Of a stretch of DNA of 64,000 nucleotides, positions 55,959 through 64,000 are shown piece after piece. How positions within the stretch are numbered: position 1 is the stretch's first letter; every line of letters starts with the position of its first letter. The position numbers and the translations under genes were made by a program. The stretch is from Candidatus Hydrothermarchaeota archaeon (GTDB lineage Archaea; CAYFZR01). The DNA lies in NCBI GenBank assembly GCA_046760505.1, contig JBHIEG010000006.1, positions 1-64,000 of the forward strand, given 5' to 3'. The notes below the pieces were generated by a model that was not told the origin of the DNA, made no database searches, and saw only the letters and a list, made by a program, of their open reading frames with translations.

Positions 55959-57053
55959 TTAGGTTATCAGTTGTTTGAATACATTTATGAGGCTTCTGAG
56001 CCATCTTATCACGGCTGAACTAGGTTCCTTTTCGGGGGTTTCAGGTTTTTTAGTTTCTTTCACTTTAGGTATAGTTTTTTTCTCTAAAGGCTTCTCTTTA
56101 GTTTCAACTTCTTTAAATGAACCTACGGTAAAATTCAAGTAACTCGTTTTCAGCGTGTGCTTAAGGCCTTTTTCATCCCAGTAAGTTATTGTGGCTGGTT
56201 TTAATGAATATGTTCCGTTTTTAGATGCTTTAATATAATAAAAGAAGTATTTTTTCTGCTTAGATTTCAAAAAACCAGACCATGCTATTTTACCCCTTAC
56301 AACCTCTAAGTTATCAGGCGGATAGTTGTCTTGAGCGTATACAAAGGCGCTTCCATTACCTACATTATTTATTTCAAAATGAACATAGATCAATTTATCT
56401 TTTCTCGGGTTTTTCGGGAATATAGTTCTGTTAAACTCCAATTTCACATTCGTTGGTTTTCTAAATACGACCATTAGATCTTTCTTGGTTGGAAACAACT
56501 CTCCTCTATCTAGCTTGGTTTCGTAGATTAAATCCGTATAACTTTCGTTCCAGATTACTTTGTTCGGCTCAGGATACAAATCATAGATACCTGCCCAATC
56601 TGGTAATCTTACAGTTATTTTTAAATTATCGATCGAGTACCCAAAAGCCTTAAATCTTGTATAAAATAAAACATTTTCTTCCCCTAAAGAGACCAGATCC
56701 GGAGTTCGGTACATTATATGGATTTTGCGAGTATCTCCAAAGGTAAGGGGGTATCTCGGATATTTATTGTAAAGTAATTTTAGAACCGTAAAATTGCCCA
56801 TGTGATAGATTACAGGATCCATTTTACCTTTATTATCTGAACAGTTGTAGATAAATGCAGAGGGACTTGGTAGTGTTAGATAGATAAAATCTAAAGACGC
56901 ATTAAGTTCCTTTATTTTAACCGTGGTATTGATCTCTACCTTAGTTATACATGTCTTTCCGTTCGGCTCGAGCAGAATATTGTAGTCATAAAATACCTTT
57001 CCACAAGTAATTCCAACCATTAGAAGAACCAATAGGAATGGTAAGTACTTCAT
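55959..57053 (-). CDS. Secreted Ig-like (DUF11/BatD-like) pilus-associated protein
   Basis: Signal peptide; V.F.I.NVG...A....D..P, W.G.L, Y.L..A.I.Y; end of the pilin operon. Confidence 0.6.
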   Translation of the reverse strand: MKYLPFLLVLLMVGITCGKVFYDYNILLEPNGKTCITKVEINTTVKIKELNASLDFIYLTLPSPSAFIYNCSDNKGKMDPVIYHMGNFTVLKLLYNKYPRYPLTFGDTRKIHIMYRTPDLVSLGEENVLFYTRFKAFGYSIDNLKITVRLPDWAGIYDLYPEPNKVIWNESYTDLIYETKLDRGELFPTKKDLMVVFRKPTNVKLEFNRTIFPKNPRKDKLIYVHFEINNVGNGSAFVYAQDNYPPDNLEVVRGKIAWSGFLKSKQKKYFFYYIKASKNGTYSLKPATITYWDEKGLKHTLKTSYLNFTVGSFKEVETKEKPLEKKTIPKVKETKKPETPEKEPSSAVIRWLRSLINVFKQLIT

Positions 57054-57058
57054 CTTAC

Positions 57059-57490
57059 CTACCTTACCGTATAACTAGCGGTAGAACCTTCTTTGCATGA
57101 TACAACTATGAGATCTCCCTCTGATAGCGTAGTTGTTTTATTTGTGCCTATTTCTCCAGGTGTTAGTATGCCTCTTGTTTGGGCGTTTATAAGAGCCCCT
57201 CCAACGCCGTTTATGTATACCTTTACATCGGTTGCATTCTTCGTTCCGGAATTTTTTACCATTATTATGTTGTTCTTCGAGTTGTAATCGAGTATCATTA
57301 AAGTTATATCAGTAATCTTTGACTGGGTTTCAGTATTATCCTGAATACCTGATTGGATATTAGTAGTATAAGAGGTGAGCCAAACATGAAAAACTCCTGC
57401 TATCGCTACAGTGATACCTATAACCAGTATAGCCGCTACTATAGGGCTTACTCCCCTTTCTTCTCTTATTATTTTAACTTTACATTTCAT
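57059..57490 (-). CDS. Archaeal type IV pilin
   Basis: Class III signal ERG|VSPIVAAILVIGITV. Confidence 0.9.
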   Translation of the reverse strand: MKCKVKIIREERGVSPIVAAILVIGITVAIAGVFHVWLTSYTTNIQSGIQDNTETQSKITDITLMILDYNSKNNIIMVKNSGTKNATDVKVYINGVGGALINAQTRGILTPGEIGTNKTTTLSEGDLIVVSCKEGSTASYTVR

Positions 57491-57499
57491 TTTACCACC

Positions 57500-58399
57500 C
57501 TAAAAGATATAGGAGAAGGAAATAGGTCTTACCGTAACTTCATTGTTTTCAAGATTTGATGGATCGTTTAAATCTATGTTTAGCGTAAATCCTCCGTAAG
57601 GTCCTATGGAAGGAGAGTCAGAGTATTCTATACCGTAAAGGGTAGGTCTCCACGTTACCGAATTTGTATTTGGATCTACATTGAATGTTATCTGCGTTAT
57701 TGTTATACCTGCTACGGCATCCGTTACGGTAATGGTAAAGGATCCGGAGTTGCTCGGAGTTGCTAGAGTATACTCGAAAACCCATTCTGTATAGGCGGTA
57801 ACGGTTTCTCCATCGTTTAAAGTAGTAGATTTAGTCATTGCAAAATCAAAATCATGATCATCTGGATTAGGAGTCTTTATTGTCCATTGAGTATCCACAT
57901 CTGTCTTTCCGGTCCTCCTTACGTCAGATAGGAATTTCTTCGTAACAACGGTTTCCTTGGAACTCACTATTATGGAATCGCCTTTGACTGGATAAAATAC
58001 GGTGGTAACATTCCCCAATTCTATAAAACCTGATTCTCCTTCTGCTAAGGTTGTTATTGTATTTCTATTTACGTCTTTTATGGGCAATTCTTTCGTTCCA
58101 TCGCTCGTCACAAGAACTGATGTAAGGTTAGTCAACGTAATGGTGCCCTGATTGTATACGGTTACGATAGGGTAGGCGCCATCTTGAACAAGATCAGGCA
58201 ACTTTAAGTCTATATCTGCTAGAGTAGTAATTTCCTGTCTCTCGATATCTTGCTGAATGCTTGCTTGCGTAGAGGTCTGTACCATTGATATCCATACAAA
58301 TGCAATTCCTATGAGTGCTACAGTTATCATTAGCAATAAGAGAGTCGCTACTATGGGACTTACTCCCTTTTCGTCTTTTAACAGGTTTATTTTTTTCAT
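57500..58399 (-). CDS. Archaeal type IV pilin (large, minor)
   Basis: Class III signal EKG|VSPIVATLLLLMITV; start reassigned to MKKINLL. Confidence 0.88.
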   Translation of the reverse strand: MKKINLLKDEKGVSPIVATLLLLMITVALIGIAFVWISMVQTSTQASIQQDIERQEITTLADIDLKLPDLVQDGAYPIVTVYNQGTITLTNLTSVLVTSDGTKELPIKDVNRNTITTLAEGESGFIELGNVTTVFYPVKGDSIIVSSKETVVTKKFLSDVRRTGKTDVDTQWTIKTPNPDDHDFDFAMTKSTTLNDGETVTAYTEWVFEYTLATPSNSGSFTITVTDAVAGITITQITFNVDPNTNSVTWRPTLYGIEYSDSPSIGPYGGFTLNIDLNDPSNLENNEVTVRPISFSYIF

Positions 58400-58410
58400 G
58401 TGATCACTTG

Positions 58411-59274
58411 TTATGGTGGATAATACTTCAGGCAGATTCTGACGAGATCCCAACTGATATCATCAAGATTTCCTTCTTGGTTGACACCGATAGTAAGGTT
58501 ATTATTCACCTGAGGAGTTGGCCATGTGTTTAAACTCGTGCTGTTGAACCAGTATGTCACATTACTTATGGTGTTTCCGGCAAAACTCTTATTTTCATTT
58601 ATAACCTCGTCAGAGTCCATGGCATAAATGGAGTCTCGTCTGCCGTTTTTTTGCCAAGAAACTATGTGGAGTTCTACGTCAACCTCGGTAATGTTTGCAC
58701 CGTTTGGAATGTTAAGGAAGTATACGTATGTTTTGGACAGGTTGCCACCGGTGGTATTGAATATTCCGGATTCAAGATCTCCGCTACACCAGATCGATAG
58801 TGCCGCGGATGGAGGAGAAGGCACGACCACTGCTCTTACTTGAGGAGAGACATCCATGCGCCAGTCATCTTCCATACTGAACACGTAGATCATATCTCCT
58901 AGCGAAATGTTCCTGCTAAATTTTACATTTATTTCGTTTCCTACATATAATGCATCAAAATGAGCATCTTCATGGGAGAACCATTTAAAACTTGTCCAGT
59001 AGCAGTGTATAACAGATACATCATGTAGGGTAACGGATCCGGTATTCTTTATACTTATGCTCTTGTTTCCGGGATAGACAGATGTGAATTCTATATCAGC
59101 GCTCCTTTCCATCTCCATTTTTTCGTTGTATCTTTTGCTCACCTCGCTTAATCTATAAGAGACATTTGAAATTTGTGTTACAGAAAATAAAACGGCAATC
59201 ATAAGTAAGCCAAATATTATTACGAATATGATCGGCTGATAAACCCCCTTCTCTTCGTAAAGCATTTTTTCCAC
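58411..59274 (-). CDS. Minor pilin-like protein
   Basis: EKG|VYQPIIFVIIF, I.IKNTGSV.L. Confidence 0.75.
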   Translation of the reverse strand: MEKMLYEEKGVYQPIIFVIIFGLLMIAVLFSVTQISNVSYRLSEVSKRYNEKMEMERSADIEFTSVYPGNKSISIKNTGSVTLHDVSVIHCYWTSFKWFSHEDAHFDALYVGNEINVKFSRNISLGDMIYVFSMEDDWRMDVSPQVRAVVVPSPPSAALSIWCSGDLESGIFNTTGGNLSKTYVYFLNIPNGANITEVDVELHIVSWQKNGRRDSIYAMDSDEVINENKSFAGNTISNVTYWFNSTSLNTWPTPQVNNNLTIGVNQEGNLDDISWDLVRICLKYYPP

Positions 59275-59428
59275 TGTAGGTTATCTCAGGAATGTTTTAT
59301 ATGTTTTTGTGGGCAGGATGATGCTGGCAGAATGAAAATACCTTTTCTCTTCGAATTCAATTATTAAGTGATGGAAGATTATTTCAAGCGCTCTGCATTA
59401 GTTTTAAATAATAAAAAGGAGAAAATGG

Positions 59429-59842
59429 TTACTTTACTTCTGCAGAAGCCATTGCACCTTCTTTACATGTTACGTCTACGACATCACCTGATTGTAACGT
59501 GTATCCAGCAGTCGGCATCTTGCCTATTCTGCTAGCATTCAAAGTGTCGAATTTGTAAGTAAAATTCCCATTTACATAAAGCCTCACATCGCTTGCGTTG
59601 GCGCTTCCTGTATTCATTACTTTAACGTAGTTTTTATTTTTCTTTGCCTCTAAGATGAGTAAGTTCACATCGAATTGCGCAGTGGCTCCGCTCACCTTAG
59701 CAGTTGTTCCCGTGGTAAAACTTGTCACCCAGACATAGGCTATTCCCGCTGCTACTACTGCTATAGCTATCAATAGGATTACTGCTATTACTGGCGAGAC
59801 ACCTTTCTCCTCCTTCCTTATCCCTTGGAACGTTTTTTTCAC
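59429..59842 (-). CDS. Archaeal type IV pilin (probable major pilin)
   Basis: Class III signal EKG|VSPVIAVILLIAIAV; has its own upstream promoter. Confidence 0.92.
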   Translation of the reverse strand: MKKTFQGIRKEEKGVSPVIAVILLIAIAVVAAGIAYVWVTSFTTGTTAKVSGATAQFDVNLLILEAKKNKNYVKVMNTGSANASDVRLYVNGNFTYKFDTLNASRIGKMPTAGYTLQSGDVVDVTCKEGAMASAEVK

Positions 59843-59886
59843 CCCCAGTAAATATTCTATTTTAATCTGTTATAGTAGTACTCATA

Positions 59887-59954
59887 TTTTATAAGCGTTT
59901 TGTCAACAAAAACGATTTATTGTCAGACAAATTTGTGTCAGACGATTATCTGTC
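59887..59954 (-). promoter_or_regulatory. Pilin promoter with repeated TGTC(A/AG)AC boxes
   Basis: Minus-strand CTTATAAAA (59887-59895); TTGTCAACAA 59900-59909, TTGTCAGACAA 59920-59930, TGTCAGAC 59936-59943. Confidence 0.55.
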
Positions 59955-59985
59955 CTTTAAATCCATTAATATTTATGATAATTAA

Positions 59986-60426
59986 TTATATCTCAAGCAA
60001 TCCATGCAACTCGCAAAACTCCTTTGAGCCAAAAACATCGATCAGATTTTTGACCTTCAGGAATTCGGAATCGTTGGATATAACACATTCCGAACCAGAT
60101 TCTATTGCTGTTGCGGTTATTATTGCATATGGAAGTCTTATCTTCTGCTTTGCTCTAATCTCACCTGCTCTGTCAGCAATTCTTACATTTGGCGGAAAGA
60201 CTTCAAATTGAGGTGATGTAATTATGTATGAGAAAAAAGCATTCTTCTCCTGAATCAAACCTTGCTGATTATAACCAGCCGAGAGCTCTGTTAGTACGAT
60301 CGTGGACAATATCGCGGTGAGAGATCCACCATCTATTGCATCCAATATCTTAGAAGAATAAGCCATGAACTCTGGCTCTTTGTTGATAACATTCAAAAAT
60401 ATATTTGTATCTACTGTAACCTTCAT
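59986..60426 (-). CDS. vapC: PIN-domain toxin (VapC-like)
   Basis: VDTNIF, STIVLTEL, ISND..F; ATGA overlap with the antitoxin; the usual third Asp reads LPYA. Confidence 0.85.
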   Translation of the reverse strand: MKVTVDTNIFLNVINKEPEFMAYSSKILDAIDGGSLTAILSTIVLTELSAGYNQQGLIQEKNAFFSYIITSPQFEVFPPNVRIADRAGEIRAKQKIRLPYAIITATAIESGSECVISNDSEFLKVKNLIDVFGSKEFCELHGLLEI

Positions 60427-60656
60427 ATCCACTCTTCTCTAACCTTCTTTTGGAAATCTAGGCTACTCACACTCCATTTTTTTTGACTCATTAAAATACT
60501 CGATAGTTTTTCGGTGGTTTCTTTTCTTAACACTATTTTATCACCGTGTTTTTCAAATACTACTTTGTCTCCGGCCTTAAGTCCTAAGAGATCTCTCAGA
60601 TCTTTTGGTAGTGTTATCTGTCCCTTTTTTGATAATTTAGAAATTGCAACAATCAT
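60423..60656 (-). CDS. AbrB/MazE-type antitoxin (VapB-like)
   Basis: KLSKKGQITLPKDLRDLLGLKAGDKVVF. Confidence 0.9.
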   Translation of the reverse strand: MIVAISKLSKKGQITLPKDLRDLLGLKAGDKVVFEKHGDKIVLRKETTEKLSSILMSQKKWSVSSLDFQKKVREEWI

Positions 60657-60665
60657 CTAGGACAC

Positions 60666-60705
60666 CTTACAAAATGGTAAGAATTTCCTTACTTATTAAT
60701 CTTAC
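60666..60705. promoter_or_regulatory. Putative antitoxin operator
   Basis: CTTAC/GTAAG half-sites at 60666, 60677, 60688 and 60701. Confidence 0.45.
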
Positions 60706-60711
60706 TATTCT

Positions 60712-61524
60712 TTATACTAGAAACTGAAATACGAGATATCCTATCAAGGTTAAAATCACGGAATGTTTTAATCCCGCGAGAATAGACCCTTCACCAACTT
60801 CTCCACATACCAAGCCCCCGAATACGGCTTGAATGAGGGCAAGATGATAGAATAGCGTTCTATATCCTTCAGGTGATATGGGCATCCTTAAGAATGCAAA
60901 CGAGCCCATGCCCCCCATCGCTGGAACCATCGTTTTCTGAATAGCAACAACAATTGCGATGAATACAAAGAAGGTTAGATAAATAATGACTATGTATGGT
61001 CGCATAGCCCCTTTTCTCTCCTCCTCTATTTCCATTATCATCTGAGCATCCCTTGCCGCGGAGTCCAGTATATCAGATATGTCTCCTCCAGCTCTGTTGG
61101 CCTCTATTATTAGAGAGCATACGCGACTCACAATTCTGCTATTGCTCCTCTCAGAGAACTTCTCTAGCACCTCTTCAAATGGAACTCCCCAAGAAATTTG
61201 TGTGGCCATTTTCTTTACCTCGTCAGTTAAAGCGCCATAATCAGATTTTGCAAGTGTGTAGAAAGCCATTGAAAGGGGTACACCGGCACGGCTGGCTTCA
61301 ACCATATCTCTTAAAAAATCAGGAAATCTTTTTTCTATTTTTCTGGTCCTTATATCCTCAAGTAGTTTTGCTAACATTAGTGGAAATCCAGAGAAAACTA
61401 GTGCGAGCACAAATACGGTATCAAATGTCTTTGTATCCCCATATAACCTATAACCTCCACTGACCAGTGCAACAAATATTAACATTCCTATCGCAACGAA
61501 TGCGGCTATCTTTCTCCTTTTCAT
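60712..61524 (-). CDS. Type IV pilus membrane platform (TadC/T2SS-F)
   Basis: IEKRFPDFLRD, YGALT.EV, SWG..F, AGG.I.DIL, G.KH. Confidence 0.9.
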   Translation of the reverse strand: MKRRKIAAFVAIGMLIFVALVSGGYRLYGDTKTFDTVFVLALVFSGFPLMLAKLLEDIRTRKIEKRFPDFLRDMVEASRAGVPLSMAFYTLAKSDYGALTDEVKKMATQISWGVPFEEVLEKFSERSNSRIVSRVCSLIIEANRAGGDISDILDSAARDAQMIMEIEEERKGAMRPYIVIIYLTFFVFIAIVVAIQKTMVPAMGGMGSFAFLRMPISPEGYRTLFYHLALIQAVFGGLVCGEVGEGSILAGLKHSVILTLIGYLVFQFLV

Positions 61525-61526
61525 GG

Positions 61527-62390
61527 TTACACCTTGGGCTTAAGAGAATCTACTATTATCAGAAACATTATGCATGCAATCGGAATGAAGAGATAGATCA
61601 TCATCTGGAAAAATATATTCACCGGAATTTTTAAGGTCCAGCCACCCATCATAGTCATAACTGCTACCATAACTATGAGAAAAACCGGAGCAACAACAAA
61701 TAAGGTTATGTATATCTCGGTCATCAATCCAAGAGATTCCGTGAACTCTCTCTGTATTTTTCTATGCTCCCATGTGAGCTCTCTTGCAACTTCTCTTAAA
61801 AAAATCTTTAAATCACCACTAGATTTTATCGTGTTATTTATTCCCATCAGTATCTCCTTTAGTCGAGAAGATGGACTTCTCTTGCAGGCATTCTCTAGTG
61901 CTGTAGATAGATCCTCTCCAAATATCTCGATATCTCTTGTAATGGTCTTGGCTTCTTCTGATACCTCTCCATACAACTCAGATAGACCTAAAGCCTTTAA
62001 TATAACGGCTGGTGGCATTCCTGCACCAGCCATTATTGATATGTAGTTCACTGCATATGGTAAATTCATGTCAATGTCTAATCTTCTTTCATACGCCTTG
62101 AAAAATGGGTATATATAAACTAGACCAGATATAAACAAAGAGATAAGAAAAGAAGCGACTAAAGTAAATCCGAGAGGAAAGTAACCAAGTTTTATAATGG
62201 TAAGGCGATAAAAAAATGCAAAAGAAATTAAGAAAGGTATGAAGAATGATAGAAAGAGGATTCCAAGATAACTGCCCAGCGTGGTTTTAATGTTTGATTC
62301 ATGCAGAGATTCATGAAGTCCCTCAAAGAGATCATAAAAATGAGATTCAAAAAAGGAGCCAATTCTCCTGTACATTACATATACCGCCAA
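61527..62390 (-). CDS. Type IV pilus membrane platform (TadB/TadC/T2SS-F)
   Basis: ID.NLPYAV.Y..MAGAG, YGEVS.E, PS..L.E.L.G, E.Y. Confidence 0.9.
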   Translation of the reverse strand: MAVYVMYRRIGSFFESHFYDLFEGLHESLHESNIKTTLGSYLGILFLSFFIPFLISFAFFYRLTIIKLGYFPLGFTLVASFLISLFISGLVYIYPFFKAYERRLDIDMNLPYAVNYISIMAGAGMPPAVILKALGLSELYGEVSEEAKTITRDIEIFGEDLSTALENACKRSPSSRLKEILMGINNTIKSSGDLKIFLREVARELTWEHRKIQREFTESLGLMTEIYITLFVVAPVFLIVMVAVMTMMGGWTLKIPVNIFFQMMIYLFIPIACIMFLIIVDSLKPKV

Positions 62391-64000
62391 ACGTCTTCTA
62401 AAACTGTTTCAGGAGACTTATAATATGTTGCAACTACTCTGGCGACATCGGTAAATTTTCTTATTCCTCTATTCTTCATCCATTCTAGAATATTCTTCCT
62501 GTTTTCTAATTCTCTCCTCATCTCCTCCTCGCTTATGTTCATATCAGCCATGATTCTTTCCATCAGATACGATCTGCTCGAGACAAAGTGGTGTTTATCT
62601 GAGTGGGGATCCCATTTGAAGGTATCATTTGTAATGAGTTCTTGAGTGTTTGGATCCAACCCCACTATTTCGGTGGTTCCCTTTATTCTTCGCACATATT
62701 TTCCTTTTACTCTGCTTCTAACCTGCATTACTATTATATCTAGGTTTTGCAATAGTACTCTTGGAATATTTATGGGTGGAGACTCCAATCTGTGGATAAC
62801 TCCTTGGGGAGAATCTGCATGGATTGTGCTAAGCGCCAGATGCCCTGTTGCCATTGCCTGGAAGAGTGTATTCGCCTCAACGCCTCTTACTTCTCCGACA
62901 ATTATGTAATCAGGTCTTTGTCTTAAGGCAGTTTTCAGCAAATCGAACATATCTATTTCGCCGTATCTCCTTCCGTTGGTTAAGGCTGGTCCAAAGCCAC
63001 TTCTCGTTACCTGGGGGATCCAGTTTGAGTGAGGTAAACTCAGCTCCGGAGTATCCTCTATGGTAACGATCTTTAACTCTGGTGGAATAAATAGAGATAA
63101 AGCGTTTAGGGTAGTAGTCTTCCCAGCAGCAATTCCTCCCGCTACTAGCACGGAGGCATCGTGCTCTATAGCAAGCCATAAATAGGCGAGAAGCTCCGGA
63201 GAAGCGGTTCCGAGTTCTATTAGATCTGGGGGAGTCATTGGATCTCCCCTGAATTTCCTTATCGTAAATGTAGATCCCTTTCTAGAGATTTCCTTGCCAT
63301 ATGTTAACTGAACCCTGCTCCCGTCAGGAAGAGTTCCCTCAAGCAAAGGCTCAGCAACTGAGATATGCTTGCCACTTCTTTGTGCAATCTTGATGATGAA
63401 GGAATCCAACTCATCTGAGTCTGAAAACTGCAGGTTGGTTCTCATTGAGCCGAACATTCGATGATAAATGTAGATTGGAATGTTAGCGCCATCACAACTT
63501 ATATCCTCAATATTAACGTCGTTCATCAAAGGCTCTATGATTTCTAAGCCAGCGAAGTCTCTAATGATGTAATACTTTATTTTTTCTCTGGAATTTTCGC
63601 TCAATCTGATTCTGTGTTTCTTTACAACTTCATCTACCTTCTCGCATAGGTATTTGTCTAATTCTTCGACAGAAAAGAAATCCAGTTCCAGTTCGTCTAT
63701 CAATGTCTCTTTAATCTTCTTCAGAGCTTTTTCTTCATCTTCATTTAACTCGGGTTGTTTGACCTCGTATATCAATTCGTGAGACTCTCTGTCGTAATGT
63801 ATGTTTGCGAAGGCGTATGGTTCTATCAAGGGATAAGTGGTATCTATTTTTGTCATATAATTCTCATTTTTTGTTATTGCAGGTAAAACAGGCGCCTTCC
63901 TTTCCTTTTGTTCTTTTATTTGATTGAGAAGATTATTTAGTTTACTCTTGCTTAATTCAGTTTCTTTCTTTTTTATTTTTTCTAAAATTTCCTGGGCTCT
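62375..64000 (-). CDS. Type IV pilus assembly ATPase (PilB/ArlI-like); 5' end lies beyond the window
   Basis: IEDISCDG, TIRKF, GGIAAGKTT, IEDTPEL, LRQRPDYIIVGEVRG, STIHA; frame stays open to base 64000. Confidence 0.95.
   Translation of the reverse strand, partial: RAQEILEKIKKKETELSKSKLNNLLNQIKEQKERKAPVLPAITKNENYMTKIDTTYPLIEPYAFANIHYDRESHELIYEVKQPELNEDEEKALKKIKETLIDELELDFFSVEELDKYLCEKVDEVVKKHRIRLSENSREKIKYYIIRDFAGLEIIEPLMNDVNIEDISCDGANIPIYIYHRMFGSMRTNLQFSDSDELDSFIIKIAQRSGKHISVAEPLLEGTLPDGSRVQLTYGKEISRKGSTFTIRKFRGDPMTPPDLIELGTASPELLAYLWLAIEHDASVLVAGGIAAGKTTTLNALSLFIPPELKIVTIEDTPELSLPHSNWIPQVTRSGFGPALTNGRRYGEIDMFDLLKTALRQRPDYIIVGEVRGVEANTLFQAMATGHLALSTIHADSPQGVIHRLESPPINIPRVLLQNLDIIVMQVRSRVKGKYVRRIKGTTEIVGLDPNTQELITNDTFKWDPHSDKHHFVSSRSYLMERIMADMNISEEEMRRELENRKNILEWMKNRGIRKFTDVARVVATYYKSPETVLEDVWRYM

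Noticed and set aside
1-64000. CRISPR array, rRNA, transposase or provirus
   Set aside because: I recognised no regularly spaced repeats, rRNA-like segments, or transposase, integrase or capsid motifs by eye.

Overview
Archaeal chromosomal window from an anaerobic Euryarchaeota-like lineage. Thermococci- or Hydrothermarchaeota-like affinity is suggested by a CGP-CTERM tail, but taxonomy cannot be fixed from this window. From left to right it holds: (1) an accessory patch at 1-4.3 kb with small barrel/NTF2-fold genes, two deletion pseudogenes, a 39-bp direct repeat and a CpaM + fused HgcAB-like corrinoid pair; (2) an AT-rich, strongly diverged type IV pilus-like locus at 4.4-12.2 kb with leaderless pilin-like genes and a MinD-like ATPase; (3) GGR/ferredoxin, EndoQ and the conserved replication-translation cluster (tfs, RPA-like, pcn, priL, priS, gins, rpl44e, rps27e, aIF2-alpha, nop10, PAC2); (4) a complete CODH/ACS operon cdhABC-cooC-cdhDE-cooC; (5) dph6, core MetE, arsM with a divergent Cys-rich PadR and two palindromic operators, purH/purP and tRNA-Gln; (6) an octaheme cytochrome c with CGP-CTERM and FTR1 with a DtxR-like box; (7) thermosome, rpoK, tfb and polB; (8) a canonical archaeal type IV pilus operon interrupted by vapBC. 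The strongest unexplained signals are ACG codons where tfb and rpoK should start, the leaderless-pilin locus (whose promoter shares a motif with the canonical pilin promoter), the CpaM/HgcAB-like pair and the PadR-arsM regulatory unit. All product calls are from motif recognition by eye; no database search was run.
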